Origin: Tubulanus polymorphus
Lineage: Eukaryota > Animalia > Nemertea
Assembly (NCBI RefSeq): GCF_964204645.1
Contig: NC_134033.1
Coordinates: 15,694,655-15,758,654 of the forward strand
Reading direction: 5' to 3'
DNA length: 64,000 bases
Shown: positions 48,960-61,989 of the stretch, piece by piece
Layout of the letters: each line of letters starts with the position of its first letter
How positions within the stretch are numbered: the stretch's first letter is position 1
Notes under the pieces: generated by a model
The model's database searches: none
Told to the model about the DNA's origin: nothing
What the model saw: only the letters and a program-made list of their open reading frames with translations
Made by a program: the position numbers and the translations under genes

Positions 48960-49487
48960 CTTGGATATAATGACGTCACGTGACAGACAGGTACTAAATA
49001 CTGGGGTAGGGAAAACGGGGTCTTTCACTTGGTCTCACGCTTAAATCAGTGCTTTTTTAACTCGGAATTCGGTTTCTGGCTAGGATATGGTACCAGCAAG
49101 CGGGAAATACGTAAATAACGGCATAACAAGTGGAACTTGATGTTGTCACCGTCTTAAAACCGATGCTAAAACAGGTTTTGAGCGTCTGAAATCAGCTGAG
49201 AATGAGCTGTCACAATCGCTGTCAACGCTACGAGGCAGCACCGTACAGACTCATAGTCCGGAACTAAGTCCACGACCGTGGATGGGGCACTGACTCAAGG
49301 TCGTAGACCCGGAAATAAATAAATTTGGCTAAATGCTTACAAAAAACTTAGATTTTGCGCTTAGGAATTGCTGAAATCCGAAGATTAAGGGCTATATTCA
49401 AGTCTTTAGTCTAGCGAATTTTTCTATTTCCTCCTGCGATAGAATAAAGGGACGCTCCAATTCGGAGCTTGTAAATCACTCAGGATA
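48960..49487. promoter_or_regulatory. Putative bidirectional promoter between WDFY2 and LIPT2
   Basis: Divergent ATGs are ~530 bp apart. There is an overlapping CRE/E-box TGACGTCACGTGAC at 48971, plus TGACTCA and CCGGAA motifs at ~49258-49315. Confidence 0.6.
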
Positions 49488-51529
49488 ATGAAAGGACCTT
49501 CCGTTTTAGTTTATAACCTCGGCAGAATATCGTATCAACGGGGTCTCGATATTCAAGCTAACTTCGTGAGACGTTCCTTGGACGCACTCGCTAATAAAGG
49601 TACGATTTATTAAATTTGATTAATTTAATTGTATTGGTACGGTGTACAACGCGTATCTGGACTTAATAAAAACGCGTACGTGGACTTTGATTAAAACGCG
49701 GATCAGGACTTAAACTAAGAACTCGCCCGTCGTATTCAAGGCGTGCATTTTACTTGTGCATTACAAGATCCGTATTTGAATATCGTTCAATTAGCTCATA
49801 ACTAGTGTTAAGAAAACTAATCCCACACACAGAAAGGCCGAAATGTTTTCTTGAGTTGATAATTAATCAGTGTTCCCTATTTCGTCGGTATCCTCCACCG
49901 AAGTAGTTTAGCGGCCTAATCGTTGGTGGTAAGCTTTTCTGAATCAGGTGGGCTTATGCTTAAGTAATATGGATTGTGAAAATATCTGATCGTGAAACTA
50001 AACCACAGGCAGGTTGCTAACTACCACCAGAGAACATCCAAATTCTTGAGTTCTCGAAGAATTATTTCATTACTGTCACTTGTATATTGTTTCATTGTGA
50101 GATACGTAAATTTTTATCCCCAAAACTGTTTTCTTTAAATAAAATTCTACATCGTGGAACTGAAGAGAATGCACGAGAAAATGACAATACGACTTGTATC
50201 TACTTTCTTTTAAATCTTAGACCTGTATTCCTGATTCTATTTTGTTAGGTACGACGCCAGGCGTTCAGCGCCCAGCGGCGGACGATGTTCTACTGCTGAT
50301 GCAACACGATCCTGTCTACACGATCGGAATACGTCGGCGATCGTACACGATTCGCGACGAGCGGAAACTACGCGATCTAGGCGCCGAATTCTACCCGACG
50401 AATCGCGGCGGTCTGATCACGTTTCACGGACCCGGCCAACTGGTCGCGTATCCGATTCTGAATTTGAAGAACTATCGCGGACTGTCGGTTCGCTGTTATA
50501 TCGACGCGTTGCAGAACGTGTTAGTCGATACTTGCGCGGAGTTCGGTGTTGAAGCGCAGAAAACCGCTGATCCCGGGGCCTGGGTGCAAGACCGTAAAAT
50601 AGGTGCCGTAGGTACGTCATTTTAAACAATGAAGTATTTTTCGTCGATATCGAAATTGTCATTATCTACTGTTGTCTACCATTAGCAGGGGTGGGTCCAG
50701 GGGGACTAAGAATTAAGTTAAAGGTCCATCAAAATGTTTGATATTTATATGTCTTTTTATTCGTTATGTTAACAACAACTACAAAAATTGGAACAATTTC
50801 ATTACGGGAGTACGCCTTATATTGCTGTATTTTATATCAAGTGCCTTTTGGGATCAGGTCCAGTTACAAGTGACAAAAATTGTCACCATGGGGGGTGTAC
50901 AATCGGTCATTGAAGTGATGTGATTTAGTAATTTAATTTCTACGTCGCCCTTTTTCACTGTGATATGCTGTTAAACGGCACTTGTATTATTACCCCCAGC
51001 CTATAACTCTTCCATGTATCAGTCATCTCTCCCTGAGGAGAAGTAACAGTCGAGCGCTCAAGAGTCATCTATCAGACCAGGTACCCATTTACTCCCGGTT
51101 GGAGAGAGGCCATGAGGATATAAGTATCTTGCCCAGGGCACTTCTACGGTAATGTACGGGGTTCGAACCTGGCTTCCCAGAGTCGAACTCTCTAACCACT
51201 CGCCCCCACTCCGCTATTCGTTTTGATTTTTATGTTGTGTAATATCGATATTTATATCGATTTTACTTCCAGGTGTTAATGTACGCCGGTATATCAGTCA
51301 TCACGGAGTGGCGTTAAACTGCGATGTCGATTTGAATTGGTTCGAGCACATTGTGCCGTGCGGTATCCAGGGTAAAAAGGCCACGTCGCTAACGGTCGAA
51401 TCATCTCGGCAAATTTCGGTCGATTCTGCCTCGCGCGTATTCGTGGACGCATTTCGAAAGCGATTCGATTGCGATTTGATACATAGAGAATTCCGTGACG
51501 CGGATATTGTCGATCAGATCGGATCTTGA
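49488..51529 (+). CDS. LIPT2: Octanoyltransferase / lipoyltransferase 2 (LipB family); exons 49488-49599, 50249-50611, 51273-51529
   Basis: Motifs LLLMQHDPVYTIGIR, TNRGGLITFHGPGQLVAYPILNL, RKIGAVGV..HGVALNCDVDLNWFEHIVPCG. Confidence 0.95.
51075..51207 (-). mobile_element. tRNA-derived SINE with CORE-like central domain, in LIPT2 intron 2
   Basis: On the minus strand: A-box-like GGCGAGTGG, B-box GGTTCGAACC, then GTGCCCTGGGCAAGATACTTA..CCTCTCTCCA..GTAAATGGGTACC. Confidence 0.65.
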
Positions 51530-51734
51530 TGTTACTTTATCTAAACTAATCAAACGTAAGAACAGGCAGTAATGTGGTATGTGGACTGGTTTTTATTGAA
51601 TCTTGGAGTAGTCGTTTGATTAATCCAAGATTGAAAGTACAAGCTTTTGCTACTAATGCGGAGTAGCTGCACCAGTTAAACCACTCATTTATATCTGGTG
51701 AATGCACCACTAGTAGTGAACGCTTGTGAAGCTA

Positions 51735-51849
51735 CTGGGTCTGGTTTTATGGACTGGTTATATACCTTTGACCCGGGGGCTAACTCAACTCATTTTCAAT
51801 TGAGTTAGCCCTCGGGCTAAAGGTATAACCAGTCTATGAAACCAGCCCT
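51735..51849. mobile_element. MITE with GG.CTGGTTTTATAGACTGGT termini; also at 46428-46537
   Basis: Near-complete palindrome with two dispersed copies. Confidence 0.7.
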
Positions 51850-52069
51850 TGACGTATATAGTAGTTGCCTCAGAAAAACCAGGGGTACTCATTACACCCG
51901 GTGAAGCTACTGTACACTAGTTGCGAGGATTCGTGATTTCAAAATGCTATCAGTTAACCTACACAATCTTATCCGTCAGACCAGACCACATATCTCGACC
52001 CATATCTCGACACATAGTTAGGACTAGAATCGGTATATCTATGCGTACGTCGCATTACGATATGTAAAG

Positions 52070-52365
52070 TCGTTCTCAATTCACGATTGCTCGCAGTAAA
52101 TCACAGTATTATTTCAACAGATCGCTTATTATTGATACATGTCATAAATGTAGATAGATTGGTACGATTTTAGTAGAGACAATCCGTGTTTAATATACAT
52201 TTGTAATCAATTTGAAAATCTAGAAAACATGTAGAATTATAAAAAAAAACTATTATAAAATTTTGTTAGATTTTCTCTATTTTTGTCCTCGTTCTGTTTT
52301 TGTATAACGCCGGAAGTTACTCGTCGGCCATGTTGTCATCTGTTGGCGGTCGGTGTCGTTGACGT
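52070..52365 (-). pseudogene. Inverted fragment of SLC22 copy 6 last exon and 3' UTR (counterpart of ~32830-33152)
   Basis: The reverse complement matches CGTCAACGA..CGACCGCCAACAGA.GACAACATGGCCGACGAG.AACTTCCGGCGTTA and the downstream UTR. Confidence 0.85.
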
Positions 52366-52409
52366 ACACCCGAGAAGCTCCGATCAGTAAACCCTGGCAT
52401 AAATAGGAA

Positions 52410-52700
52410 ATCTTAATAGTTTGATATAATAAGATCATCAAATACATTTAGAAGATTTGAGCAGCCGTATTTTAGGTATAATGATATTTTCACGTTTTCT
52501 GGTTTTTATGTATGGAATTCATTAATTTCATTGCAGAAACCCTGTAAATATTCTCTAATTAGTGTCAACCCTATAAAATGGCTTTATTCAATGAGGCGGG
52601 TAGCGCCGCGCGTCGCGCTGAACTTCTGAATCTATCATCAGCGGAAATTAGAATGAAAAAATTACCGACTGAATTGAACACCGTTGAAGTGAGAGCGATT
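52410..52700 (-). pseudogene. Inverted fragment of the nested GPCR TM7/C-terminus and 3' UTR (counterpart of ~31695-32035)
   Basis: 52590-52700 is almost identical to the reverse complement of 31695-31803. Confidence 0.88.
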
Positions 52701-53386
52701 GTACAATGGTGACTTCAGGTTAACTCCATTTGTTAATTACGCTAGTCGAACGGCTCGTAGTCCGGACGTAGAGTGACACCGATGCTGGACTCTATAGAGA
52801 GGAGATGGTCTGAAACCCTGAAAAGCGCCAAGTTCAAATGAACCAATAGGCAAACGATCAACATGATACATTCACGTCGATGCATCGCGACATCAGCCAC
52901 AATTGTTTATTTCAGTTTGATTGTGAATTTTCATGTTGCGGTCGATTTTCAACAACCTTTTCCAACAAATAAAAACAAGCTAATTGGAGCGAACGGTTAT
53001 AATTGCTATCGAAAATTGATAACGTCTGCGATAATTGGGCGCCGTCCTCGAAAATTTGGAAAATTTCCATTAATTAATGAAATATTTTGATTATATAATT
53101 GCTGGTACCAGCGGTCAGGAGCGTCAGTTTGGTTTACGATTTGGCTGGAATTAGAAGTAGGTTCATACCGCAGAATAAGGTACGTGACGCTGAAGTTTCA
53201 GTTGGTATAGTTTGGTCTTTTTATTCTAACTATACACAATCCTGTGTTTAGTATTCGATTTATATTTGATTATTTCACAGGTTTTTGAAGTTGACGAAAA
53301 AGTATTTTAAAGTTCGAAATCTACAAAAAAAATACAATTTATTTCTTGCAACAAATTCTAAGATATTCGTTTTTCTCAATTTTCAG

Positions 53387-54156
53387 ATGCGTAATATTCT
53401 GATCCTCGGAACGATGTTGCTACTGCTGACGTTACAACTGACGTCACAGGCAGAAGCCGGTAAGTTCAAACGGAGCCCCGGACCTGAAATAGTGAAAAAA
53501 TACATCTCATTTCGTTCGAACGAAATGTTTTTTCGTGGGAACGAAAACTTTTCGTTCGAATGAAAAACTTTTCGTTCCCAAGGAAAGCATTTCGTTTGAG
53601 CGAAAAGATACGATATGAATTGATATGATATACTATCGTTCCCACGAAAAAGATATTCACTTTTCACCACGTCACCTTCGGGACTCCGGAAGTTCAAACC
53701 TATTTCACTAAAACTTCATTTTTGAAAATCACCAAAATCGAAAAGGACGCGGATCGGATGGCCTTGACCTGAGCGGCCTTTTAGTTTGTCGCTAAGGTTA
53801 AAGATAAAGCAGCCGTAAAAAGCATAAGTAAAGTGAGGGAAACTGTTATACCGGTATCGACTATTACTTCACCCACTAGTCAATCCTTCATGAATATTTT
53901 CCATGAGGATTTGTCTCACTGGAGGCAATTCAGAGTCCTTCATCTGATATTGATACTTACATATCGTTGTCCAATAGAATCTGTAATTTGAATTTGGAAA
54001 TATTTCGTTTCTTTCTTTTCAGTTGTTCAGCATCCTACCACCACCAGCAGTAGCAGCGGAGGTGGCGGAGCTGGAGCTGGGGCTGGGGCTGGAGCAGGAG
54101 CTGGGGCTGGAGTTGGAGCTGGGGCTAATGCAGAAGCTGACAATGACCCCAATTAG
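53387..54156 (+). CDS. Small secreted Gly/Ala-rich peptide B (68 aa; coding exons 53387-53459 and 54023-54156): MRNILILGTMLLLLTLQLTSQAEA-VVQHPTTTSSSSGGG(GA)7GVGAGANAEADNDPN
   Basis: Same 73-nt signal-peptide exon, intron phase and NDPN-stop ending as peptide A. Confidence 0.75.
53470..53690. mobile_element. ~220-bp non-autonomous DNA element in the intron of peptide gene B
   Basis: Imperfect TIRs (CGGAGCCCCG / CGGGACTCCG), flanking direct repeat AAGTTCAAAC and internal TTTCGTTC repeats. The element is absent at the equivalent site of paralog A. Confidence 0.7.
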
Positions 54157-54715
54157 CGCTTGGAATACTGTGTCGTATCGCTATGTTGGGTAGGTTATTT
54201 CAATTGACTCCATCTCTTATAGCAAACACCAGAACACGAACAGTTCTTGCTTGATTTTGACGAGGACTTTGGAACTGTATTAAGGGTTTTGTTACACAGT
54301 TGTTAGGGGTTAAGTTCGACTGAAAATCAAACTCAGAACTGTTGAAATTGGATTGTAATATGACGATCATTATGTTTATAACTAATCAAAAGGATGTTTT
54401 TATACATAGTGAATAAAATTACGAATACAAATTTGGACTCATAAAACAGATAACTGAATTATAGCGACGGCTTTTACATATAATGCAGATATGGATGTTT
54501 GTTCTGTTTCAGATGTCAACCCGGTAGCGGAAAAATACAAATCAACAAAAGATATGAAGACAATTCGCCTTTACAATTGCTTAAATCCGATTATACATAT
54601 TTGATTGGTTTATTATTGAATATTTTCTCTCGCCTCTATCTCCAGAACATTTCAATCGAATAAAGTTTCTGATTTTCATCCAGTGCTTTAGTTACTTCGG
54701 TATCCGAATTCCGAA

Positions 54716-57700
54716 TCATTTGATTGGTTGTCGTTTTCTGCGTTTATTTCGAGCTCGTATGGATTTCATATCGATTGTTAGAATAGTATAAAGAAGTGGG
54801 TTCAGAGTTGAGTTTATCGGTAAGAAAAGAACGGCCAGCCAAGCGGCGACCTGGTTCGGTATCTCGACCAAAAATACGGCGCACAACTGAACGATTATTA
54901 ACGGTAACCAGCAAAATAAATTACACAAATTGATGACTAAACTGCGTCGAGCTAGAACGAGTTCTGTAGGATCAGCTCTACCCGAACCGGACCTGCTTCC
55001 GGATACATACTTGTACATCTGCGCGTACGACATCATTATCAGAGTGAGAATGATCGCGTTTAATACAGCGAATATAGCGAACGAATATTGCCAACCATTG
55101 ACATCTATAGATATTAAATTCATAGGTAAACAGATACCTGTGCTACCGTAAAAATTATCACCGAAATAAGACGACCGAGACAGCGGCAGAAAGGCGATTA
55201 AACTCAGAAATATCCAGCATAAACAAGACAGAATCATAATAATATTTGAGGATAAAACTGGGTTACCGGAAAATGGATCGACGATATTCGAATATCTGAA
55301 ACGCGTGAGGAGAAAGAGAAATGTTAAAGAACCTTCACAAGATATCGTCACCACAATTCCGGCAACGCTGCATAATGAACTGCGAGTCCAAGTTTCAGAA
55401 TTCAGAAAATAAACACCTTTATAAACGTGATCAGTTGCAGCGATCAGAAACAGATAAACAGACATCAGGAAATCACAAAGCGCGATATTAATGATGAGGA
55501 TATCCGACGATTTATTTTGCGTTTCTGATGAAACTCGAATCGACCTAAAACGAAATAGAATAACGATGATATTGGAAACGAAAGTAAAGCAAGCGATGAT
55601 CCAGATAACTGCTGTGAGGACAGTGTTCTCAATGAGGTCTGAACACGATGAGAATTGATCAGGATCCGGGAGACACCGGTCAATATTCGGTGCCATACAA
55701 CAGAATTTATACGCGTCCGAAGCGAGAAAATATAAAGACGTCAAATTATCGAAGATATTATTTTCCACAGAAATTATCCGAGAGTTGTTGGTGATATCTA
55801 GAACTCCCAGTGAACTCAACCCAGTAAACGCGTATCTGGATATTGATCTGATAGCGTTACTGCTGATATTCAAATATTTCAGCGCTGGTAAACCTCGGAA
55901 TACGTTACGAGTAAGAGCCGATATAGAGAGACCGTGCAGATCCATAACCGGAAGTGACGTCAAACCGTTGAAGCTTCCGTCGTTCAAATATCTCAGCGGA
56001 TTTCCAGCGAGTAAAAGTTGTTTTAAACTGTTTAAACCAGTGAATATATCAGCATGTAGTGATACTAGGTGATTATAGGACAGATCTAATATATTTAGAT
56101 TGCGTAGATTAGAAAACGCGTTGGAGACAATATCAGATAAATCATTACGGGAAATATTGAGTATAAAAAGGTATAAAAATGGAGAAAATGTCGATTCATT
56201 GAATCTAACTCGGTTATTCGATAAAATCAGAACGCGAGTCGACGCCGCAAAAATTTTAGAAATATCTGATAATAAAGCGTTTTCACAATCAATCAAACGA
56301 CCTTGACATTTACAGTAGTTAGGACACGTGACGTCGCAGAAAGCCTCGTCATCCGAGTTGTGTTTACAATTTACGACGCCATCGCAAACTTCCGACTGAG
56401 GAATACATCTGTGTTCATCACCGCATTTCAACATTCCTGGACACGAAAACGTTTCACAGTTGAATTCATCTTCTGAATGAGGACAATCTGATCGACCATC
56501 GCACACGTGTCTAATCGGTATACAGTAAGACGATGGACATTTCACTGTACCAGCTGCACATTCAAACTCGTTACAATTCAGTAAATGTTCGAGTCTTCTA
56601 CAAACAGGAAAACCTGACGACATTCTTTCTAAAATACATCTATCTCTTCTCGCGTAACAATGAGGAGAATTGAATGAACATCTTTGTTTATCCGATTCTG
56701 TACAGAGTGAAGTGAAATTGGTCGTGCAGTAGTTCTCTTTAGTGCAGTGAATTTGTGGTTTAATCGTTATGTCGGTTGTTACTATTTCATCTTCTTCGAG
56801 GTCCCCGCCACAATCTACAACACCATCCCGGAACAACAGAGAACTGATACATTCGCCATTTACACACAAAAACCCGTTACATTCGTCGGAAGAGCAGACG
56901 ATTTCATCGGATTTATCTTTACAATCAACCAGTCCATCACATCGTTTATATTTACCCACACATTGTCCGTTTTTACACTTAAACTGTTCAGAGGAACATA
57001 AAGTATGATAGCACGAGTTCTCATCTGATCCGTCAGCGCAATCTCGTACAAAATCACATAAATTACTCACTGATATAACTTCTCCATCTGAACACTGGAA
57101 CTGACTGTGTAAGTTTGAACCCGAACAATCGAGTTCATCTTCACCGTGTTGACAGTCGTTTCTAGTATCACATACGCGATGGTCGCTGATACATCTTTGA
57201 TCGTTACATTGAAACTGCCACGATTTACATCCGCTTATAGAAGCTAACTCTTCACCAGTTACATTATAGGAACATAGCACGGAATGAACTACATTTGTCC
57301 CATTATCGAAGGCAGTCACTGACCATTTCACTGTTTTAATATACGTTATCCAATCTCTAATTACAACTGGTTTTATTGCCACAATTCTTCCGCTTGTATG
57401 ATTAGTCAGTATAGCGCCATATTGATGCTGATAGTGGAAAACATTTATCAAATTCTGAATATCAATATTAGATGTTATTATACCTATGTCTCCACCGATT
57501 GTAAGACAGATTTCTTTGGCTGTCTGGATTGTTAGACTTTTAGTATGGAGCGTTTTCCAGGCTGTAAGTATCTGATAGCAATGCGCTTCTATATGAATCC
57601 ATCCTCTCAGACACGTGGAGTTAAATCGTTTAAAGTTGTTGCGTGTTATTTCAGTTGTATCGTTTTGTGAAGATGGATTAAAGTCTTTTCTTTCTGTTTC

Positions 57701-60700
57701 GCAAATGAATGTTGTATGTATTTGTATGATTTGACACGGGAATCGAACCCAGTTCGCTGATCCTCGTGGATTATTCAGTATCATCGCCGCACACGGCATA
57801 TTGACGTCATTTATCGGTTGTTTTAGTTGGGGAGATATCAATCCTAGAATAACTTCTGGTATTGTTTCATTAACAGCAGGTTTAAACCACTCTGTGTAAC
57901 TCAACGGTTTTCCATCAGACCACGAGTAATAACCACTGGACTCCTTTAAAAACAAACAAACACGTGTTATACATTAGTGAACATTCTTATTAGATTTTTT
58001 CCTGTGTTCTATATTTTTAGAAATAACTCAACAAGTGGTTAGAAAATTAATCACAATATCCAAATGTTAATGATAAAATAAATTGCATGTTACCTGCCAT
58101 TTCAATCCAATCATCACAATAAGTCCCGCCTGTGAATATGCCTCATGAAGCAGTTTTGTAGCGAACCGTTTTTTTACGGCCATCATTTCATGTTGAGAGT
58201 TGATACTAAGAAGATGTCCTCCATATTTCTGTTGACAGTAAATTTCAGCGTTTTCCCAATTCAGACGTTTGTGTTTGATGTATCTAATACACGAAACACC
58301 AGAATCTAGAAAATCTGATCGGCAGCCATTAATTAGATTTTTCAGTAAAGGCGATTGTTCTAAAGTGTATTGAATTTTAAATATTGGCATGTACCCCTCA
58401 GTCTTGAAGTACAAGTCATACCCGAGTAGACTGTACAATACAAGTCCTGCTACTGCGTTATTTTCACATACTTTCGTTATATGACGGGTTTCCGATATAA
58501 ATGACAATAATAAATTGTTCGGGTCATCAAATATTTTGATAATTTGTGTCAGTGATATTGATTCCCTGGTGCGATAATCAAGAGATTTAGAGCATGATGT
58601 TTGTCCGATAAATTTAAACAGGAATCTGATGTAATAATTTATATTTTTGTCAGTAGGATTAGAAAAATCAAAGAATTGTGTTTTATGAAAGGAAGAAAAT
58701 CCAGGGAAGTTTGGTGACTGCACGAGTCCACAATAATCAATCTTTTTTATTCCACCAATAAGAATTCGCATCACTTGAATTATCTTTAATTTCTGACATT
58801 TACGCCGTAATACAATCATTAGTGGTGACCTCCAGAATTCATATTTAGTGCGCAATAATTTCACGTGGTTTAATACGAGACTGGTATTAAACACATGATT
58901 ATTGAGACTTATCGCTGAACAGGGATTCCTGGCTCCACGATAACAACTGTCAATTTGATATTCATGATCTGATAAAACATCTATATTTTCTATCGGTAAG
59001 CGTCGATTTTCAGGTGTAATCACGAGACAATGTGATGTCATAGTGATCTGGCGTTCTCCCTCCCGTAGAACATACCCGTCACAGTCGGTAGGAACAAACA
59101 TGAGGTCACGAGTTGATACTAGTTTATCATGCCAGTTGTAAGCGTATGTTACTACAGTAACCGGTCCTCCTGATGTAATCAGACTAACAACAGATCGACC
59201 ATCATAGTTTCCCAGACCAGCAGGACAATACGGACCATAGCGTCTAGCTGTAAAATTACTACCATCATATATATAAAATCCAGCTCTTTCACAATTCTCT
59301 GATAAAACTGTTAGTTTTAATCCAGACTCATAGATGTCGATTTTCGAGCTGAGTGCAAATCTACTGACACGATATTGTAACTTCCGTTTCGAATGTCTAG
59401 GGATGATATGAAAGAATGGCACTTTATGACCATATAATATCTACAATATATTTGAAAATAAAAACATATTATGAGGATTTTATTATTACGATATTTTCTG
59501 CCTCAATACAATAAATCGGCAGCATATTTTGTGTTTTTACTCACTTTTTTATTTTCCACTTTGACGTCTGTTTCCTTCAATGATTCTATTTTGTATTCGA
59601 TCAATGTTGAATTTCTAAACGATTTTCCGACAAAATTCTCTGATAACAGTAAACACAATATCACGAGAAATCCGTCAGATTTTACACTTAAAGATTCCAG
59701 GTAGTTTTTACCGAGTAAAATATCAGTTCCGACAACCGTTAAACCTTCCAGTTTATAAACACCGATGACGTCACCGGAAGTGACGAGATCACGTGACCAG
59801 TTGAAGACGACGTACTGCAGTATTTCAGCTCTGATAAACCAGCAGTATAAGCGTTTAGACTGAGTTATTACGTGCGGCCTATCACCAGGTATGAGCACTC
59901 CGGATTTGTTTTTGTAGATCGGAATCGATGGATTAGAAATATTCCAATCAGATATTCTATACATTTTAACGAATAGATTAGTTTTGAGCTCTGACTGGAC
60001 CTGTTTCATTGAAAAAGTGACGATAGCTTTGTTAGTTTTAGTGTAAATAGAGATGGGCGGATGTCCGGTTTGTTCCCGTATATTCATTATAGGTTCACTT
60101 GAGTTCCATCCGTCATAAATCTGAACGGTCACATATAAACCTGCTTGTTTGATTCTAAAATCTATTTTCTCAAAAGTCAAATTCATACCGAATCCCTCTG
60201 GTATCCCGGACCACTCCAGCCGGAAGAGGTGACAAAGTATATTCATGTAGATGGCAAATTTATAACCAGTTCTAATAGTTTGTAATTGTTTTATTCTGTT
60301 TGAGTGACAGTCGTGAACAGTTTTTAAATGTATTTCCTCCAAACGATAAAATACATAAACTCGACTTCCTTTCACAACATCATTTACATCACTCTTGAAC
60401 ATCAACGATAATGAATTACTGCGGTAAATATCTAATTGTTTTCCATCACCGCACAGTAAGTTATCAGAATCGCTGATGCGAAGATAGTTATCTCTACAGA
60501 ATATAGACTGTTCGATGTCGTAGTAAACTTGGATGTAAAAGGTACTTGGTAAAGAGCTGTTGATGAACCAATAACATTGAACACCGCGCGTAAACGACGG
60601 ATAATTCGGTGAAACGATGTAACCGGACGTAGAATCGAGTGAAAACCACGTATTGTTACACCGTGAACTGACAGTTACAGACGGTTGATCGGTAGAGATC

Positions 60701-60771
60701 CGATCAGTCGTCTGAACCGACGACAGTTTCATTAGTAGAATGAGTAATAACGTTAAGAGACTACGCGTCAT
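54716..60771 (-). CDS. GRL101-like LDLa/LRR-containing GPCR with N-terminal CUB and C-type lectin domains, ~1933 aa; exons 60771-59545, 59440-58094, 57943-54716
   Basis: Signal peptide; CUB (SGYIVSPNYP..CYWFI..LLCG); CTL (LNWENAEIYCQ..GGHLLSINS..WSDG..WVRFPC..FICE); 6-7 LDLa repeats; LRRNT plus LRRs; hinge YKFCC..CSDLI; 7TM ending PINSTLNPLLY. Two phase-0 GT-AG introns join the three long ORFs. Confidence 0.88.
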
Positions 60772-61823
60772 GTTGACATTCTCCTCGATCAGTTTAACTC
60801 TAACTACAGCGAATAGATTTTAATCCAATTAATGTAGGGCGTTTCCCAGTGAATATGGATAGAGCTGGATGAGACTGACTCGGACTACACGGCGACCGTA
60901 AAAAGAAATTCAATAATCTACGAAACCGAATTAATGATTAACGAGATTTAAACGAGGTGTAAAAATATAATTCGATATCTAATGCCGAGTCAGTTCTATA
61001 TACATACCATTTTTCAATGTTATTTCAAAACTCTAAATACGTTCTATTTCGAATACTGTCTCTGCCTTGACGTAAGGTGCTGCCGCAATACTCCTTGTAA
61101 GTGGGTTTTCTAGATACTGACTTTAGTCGACTCTGGCCATCGACGTGTTGAGGAGCACGTGGCGATTACCAGAGGCGATTCATATTTTTTTTATCTTGAA
61201 ATAGGTATTAAACCTGTAATCTATTTGATTCGTAAAGATTTACAATAATCTTATTGTGAATAGTTTTATTTCTTATTCATATGTCAACCTGGAAGCGGAG
61301 ACAAAGTACAAAAGATAAAGAGTGAATTAAAGTGACAGTGATTAATAGTGAATATATCATCATATTACATAATATTTGCATCAATCACGAACCCTGGGTT
61401 CTTGTAGATCAGATAATTCAAAATTTCCTGATAGTCACCTGATATTCCCTGACAGATTTTCAAGAAAACTGTTCCGGAATCCGGAATTCGCTGATTTCCC
61501 TGATCTGTATAAGAACCCTGTAAATCATTGTGCTGATTACTTTCCCAGTCTTGTGTCGGTTCACTAAATTTTAAAATCAAAAACAAAGTTTCCGAATATT
61601 TCAGTGCGGCTTGTTACTTCGGTAAATATTCATTATGATTCTCGAGGATAGAAAATAGAGTGCGTTTGCATCGCGGATTTAGGGATCACCGGGATAATTC
61701 TCAGATACCAACCGAAGAGGGAGCGATGGTTGTCAGTCATAACGAACAAGGGCACGGGATAATCAGAGATAATCGGTTCCGTTGTAAGCGCAGTCTTGTG
61801 CAGCGCGTAGTTCGTAGTAGGTA

Positions 61824-61989
61824 CCGTAAGGTGCTGCCGCTATGCTCGTCGTAAGCGGATTTTCCAGACACTAATCTCAGCCAACTCTGGCAACCAACTT
61901 GCAGAAGAACAAGTCTCGGTTGCCAGAGTCGGCTCGTATTAGTGTGTGAAATATCCGCTAACGACGAGCATAGCGGCAGCACCTCACGG
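61824..61989. mobile_element. Same palindromic MITE family, copy 3 (a decayed arm also lies at ~61071-61140)
   Basis: Shared termini with a different loop and different flanks, so an independent insertion. Confidence 0.8.
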
